Part shown: positions 32,741 through 33,667 of the stretch, piece after piece
Numbering within the stretch: the first letter of the stretch is position 1
Layout: every line of letters begins with the position of its first letter
Assembly (NCBI RefSeq): GCF_001194135.2
Contig: NC_068998.1
Coordinates: 29,297,427-29,331,093, forward strand
Origin: Octopus bimaculoides
Lineage: Eukaryota
Direction: 5' to 3'
Length of the DNA stretch: 33,667 nucleotides
Translations under genes and position numbers: made by a program
The notes under the pieces: model-generated
The model's database searches: none
Told to the model about the DNA's origin: nothing
The model's input: only the letters and a program-made list of their open reading frames with translations

Positions 32741-33667
32741 TCATAGTCCTCCAGGCGATCACAGAGGAATTCAAGACAGGTTGCCCCTGGGAGCTCCTCT
32801 ATGCTGATGACCTTGCACTAATTGCGGAGTCACTATCAGAAATAGAGGAGAAGTTTCAGGTGTGGAAGCAAGGACTAGAATTGAAGGGCCTTAGAGTCAA
32901 CCTACCTAAAACCAAAATCCTAATAAGTAGGAAGGTAGATAAAACACAAACCCCTTCAGGTAGATGGCCCTGCTCAGTATGTAGAAAAGGAGTAGGTAGT
33001 AACTCTATAAGATGTACCCGGTGCAAGCTATGGACACATAAGAGGTGCAGCAATATCAAAGGCAGGTTAACTACGAAGTTAGCTTTTATATGTGGCAGAT
33101 GTTCAGGTGCAATAAACACTGGAAACAAACAGGAAACAACTTCTATCTCATTCCAGGGAGAAAAACTAGAGGTAGTCGATAGCTTCCGCTATCTGGGTGA
33201 CCAAGTTAGTAGTCGGGGTGGGTGCGCTGAAAGTGTAGCTGCTAGAATAAGAATAGCCTGGGCAAAGTTTAGAGAGTTCTTACTTCTGCTGGCGACAAAG
33301 GGAGTCTCACTCAGAGTAAAGGGCAGACTGTATGAAGCATGTGTACGAACAGCCATGCTACATGGCAGTGAAATATGGACTGTGACTGCTGAGGACATGC
33401 GTAAGCTCGCAAGGAATGAAGCCAGTATGCTCCGTTGGATGTGTAATGTCAGCGTGCATACCCGTCAGAGTGTAAGTATCTTGAGAGAAAAGCTGAACAT
33501 AAGAAGCATCAGTTGTGGTGTGCAAGAGAGACGATTGCGCTGGTATGGACATGTGGGGAAAATGGATGAGGATAGCTGCGTGAAAAAGTGCCACACCCTA
33601 ACAGTTGAGGGAACCCATGGAAGAGGTAGGCCCAGGAAGACCTGGGCTGAGGTGGTGAGGCAAGACC
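32741..33667 (+). mobile_element. RTE-PHD LINE copy with an uninterrupted reading frame, running off the window
   Basis: 308 codons (32743-33666) with no stop in my translation: ...ELLYADDL...LPKTK...PHD 32971-33102...FRYLGD...RGRPRKTWAEVVRQD. Confidence 0.92.

Noticed and set aside
31845-32774. 309-aa minus-strand ORF in the track (also the ORFs at 14753-15176, 24986-25323 and 29987-30289)
   Set aside because: Artefacts of reading through N gaps and microsatellites.

Overview
AT-rich, microsatellite-rich animal genomic DNA with four assembly gaps (N runs at 14921-15053, 25072-25134, 30211-30263, 31916-32740). The repeat families look like octopod cephalopod repeats (inference from familiarity, not a database result). 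The window reads as the interior of one large-intron protein-coding gene on the minus strand. Six short exons with canonical AG/GT boundaries (26638-26688, 17737-17757, 17393-17472, 15536-15566, 9185-9334, 1960-2005) join into a stop-free, charged, low-complexity 126-aa peptide that I cannot name. The introns are filled with transposon debris: several copies of an RTE-clade LINE with a C4HC3 PHD finger inside its reverse transcriptase, a second RTE/BovB-like LINE with three C-terminal C2H2 fingers, CR1-group and Penelope-like RT remnants, Helitron, maT (DD37D), mariner and piggyBac remnants, MITEs, tRNA-derived SINEs and microsatellites. Most entries in the supplied ORF track are TE fragments or antisense shadows. 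All translations and alignments were done by eye.
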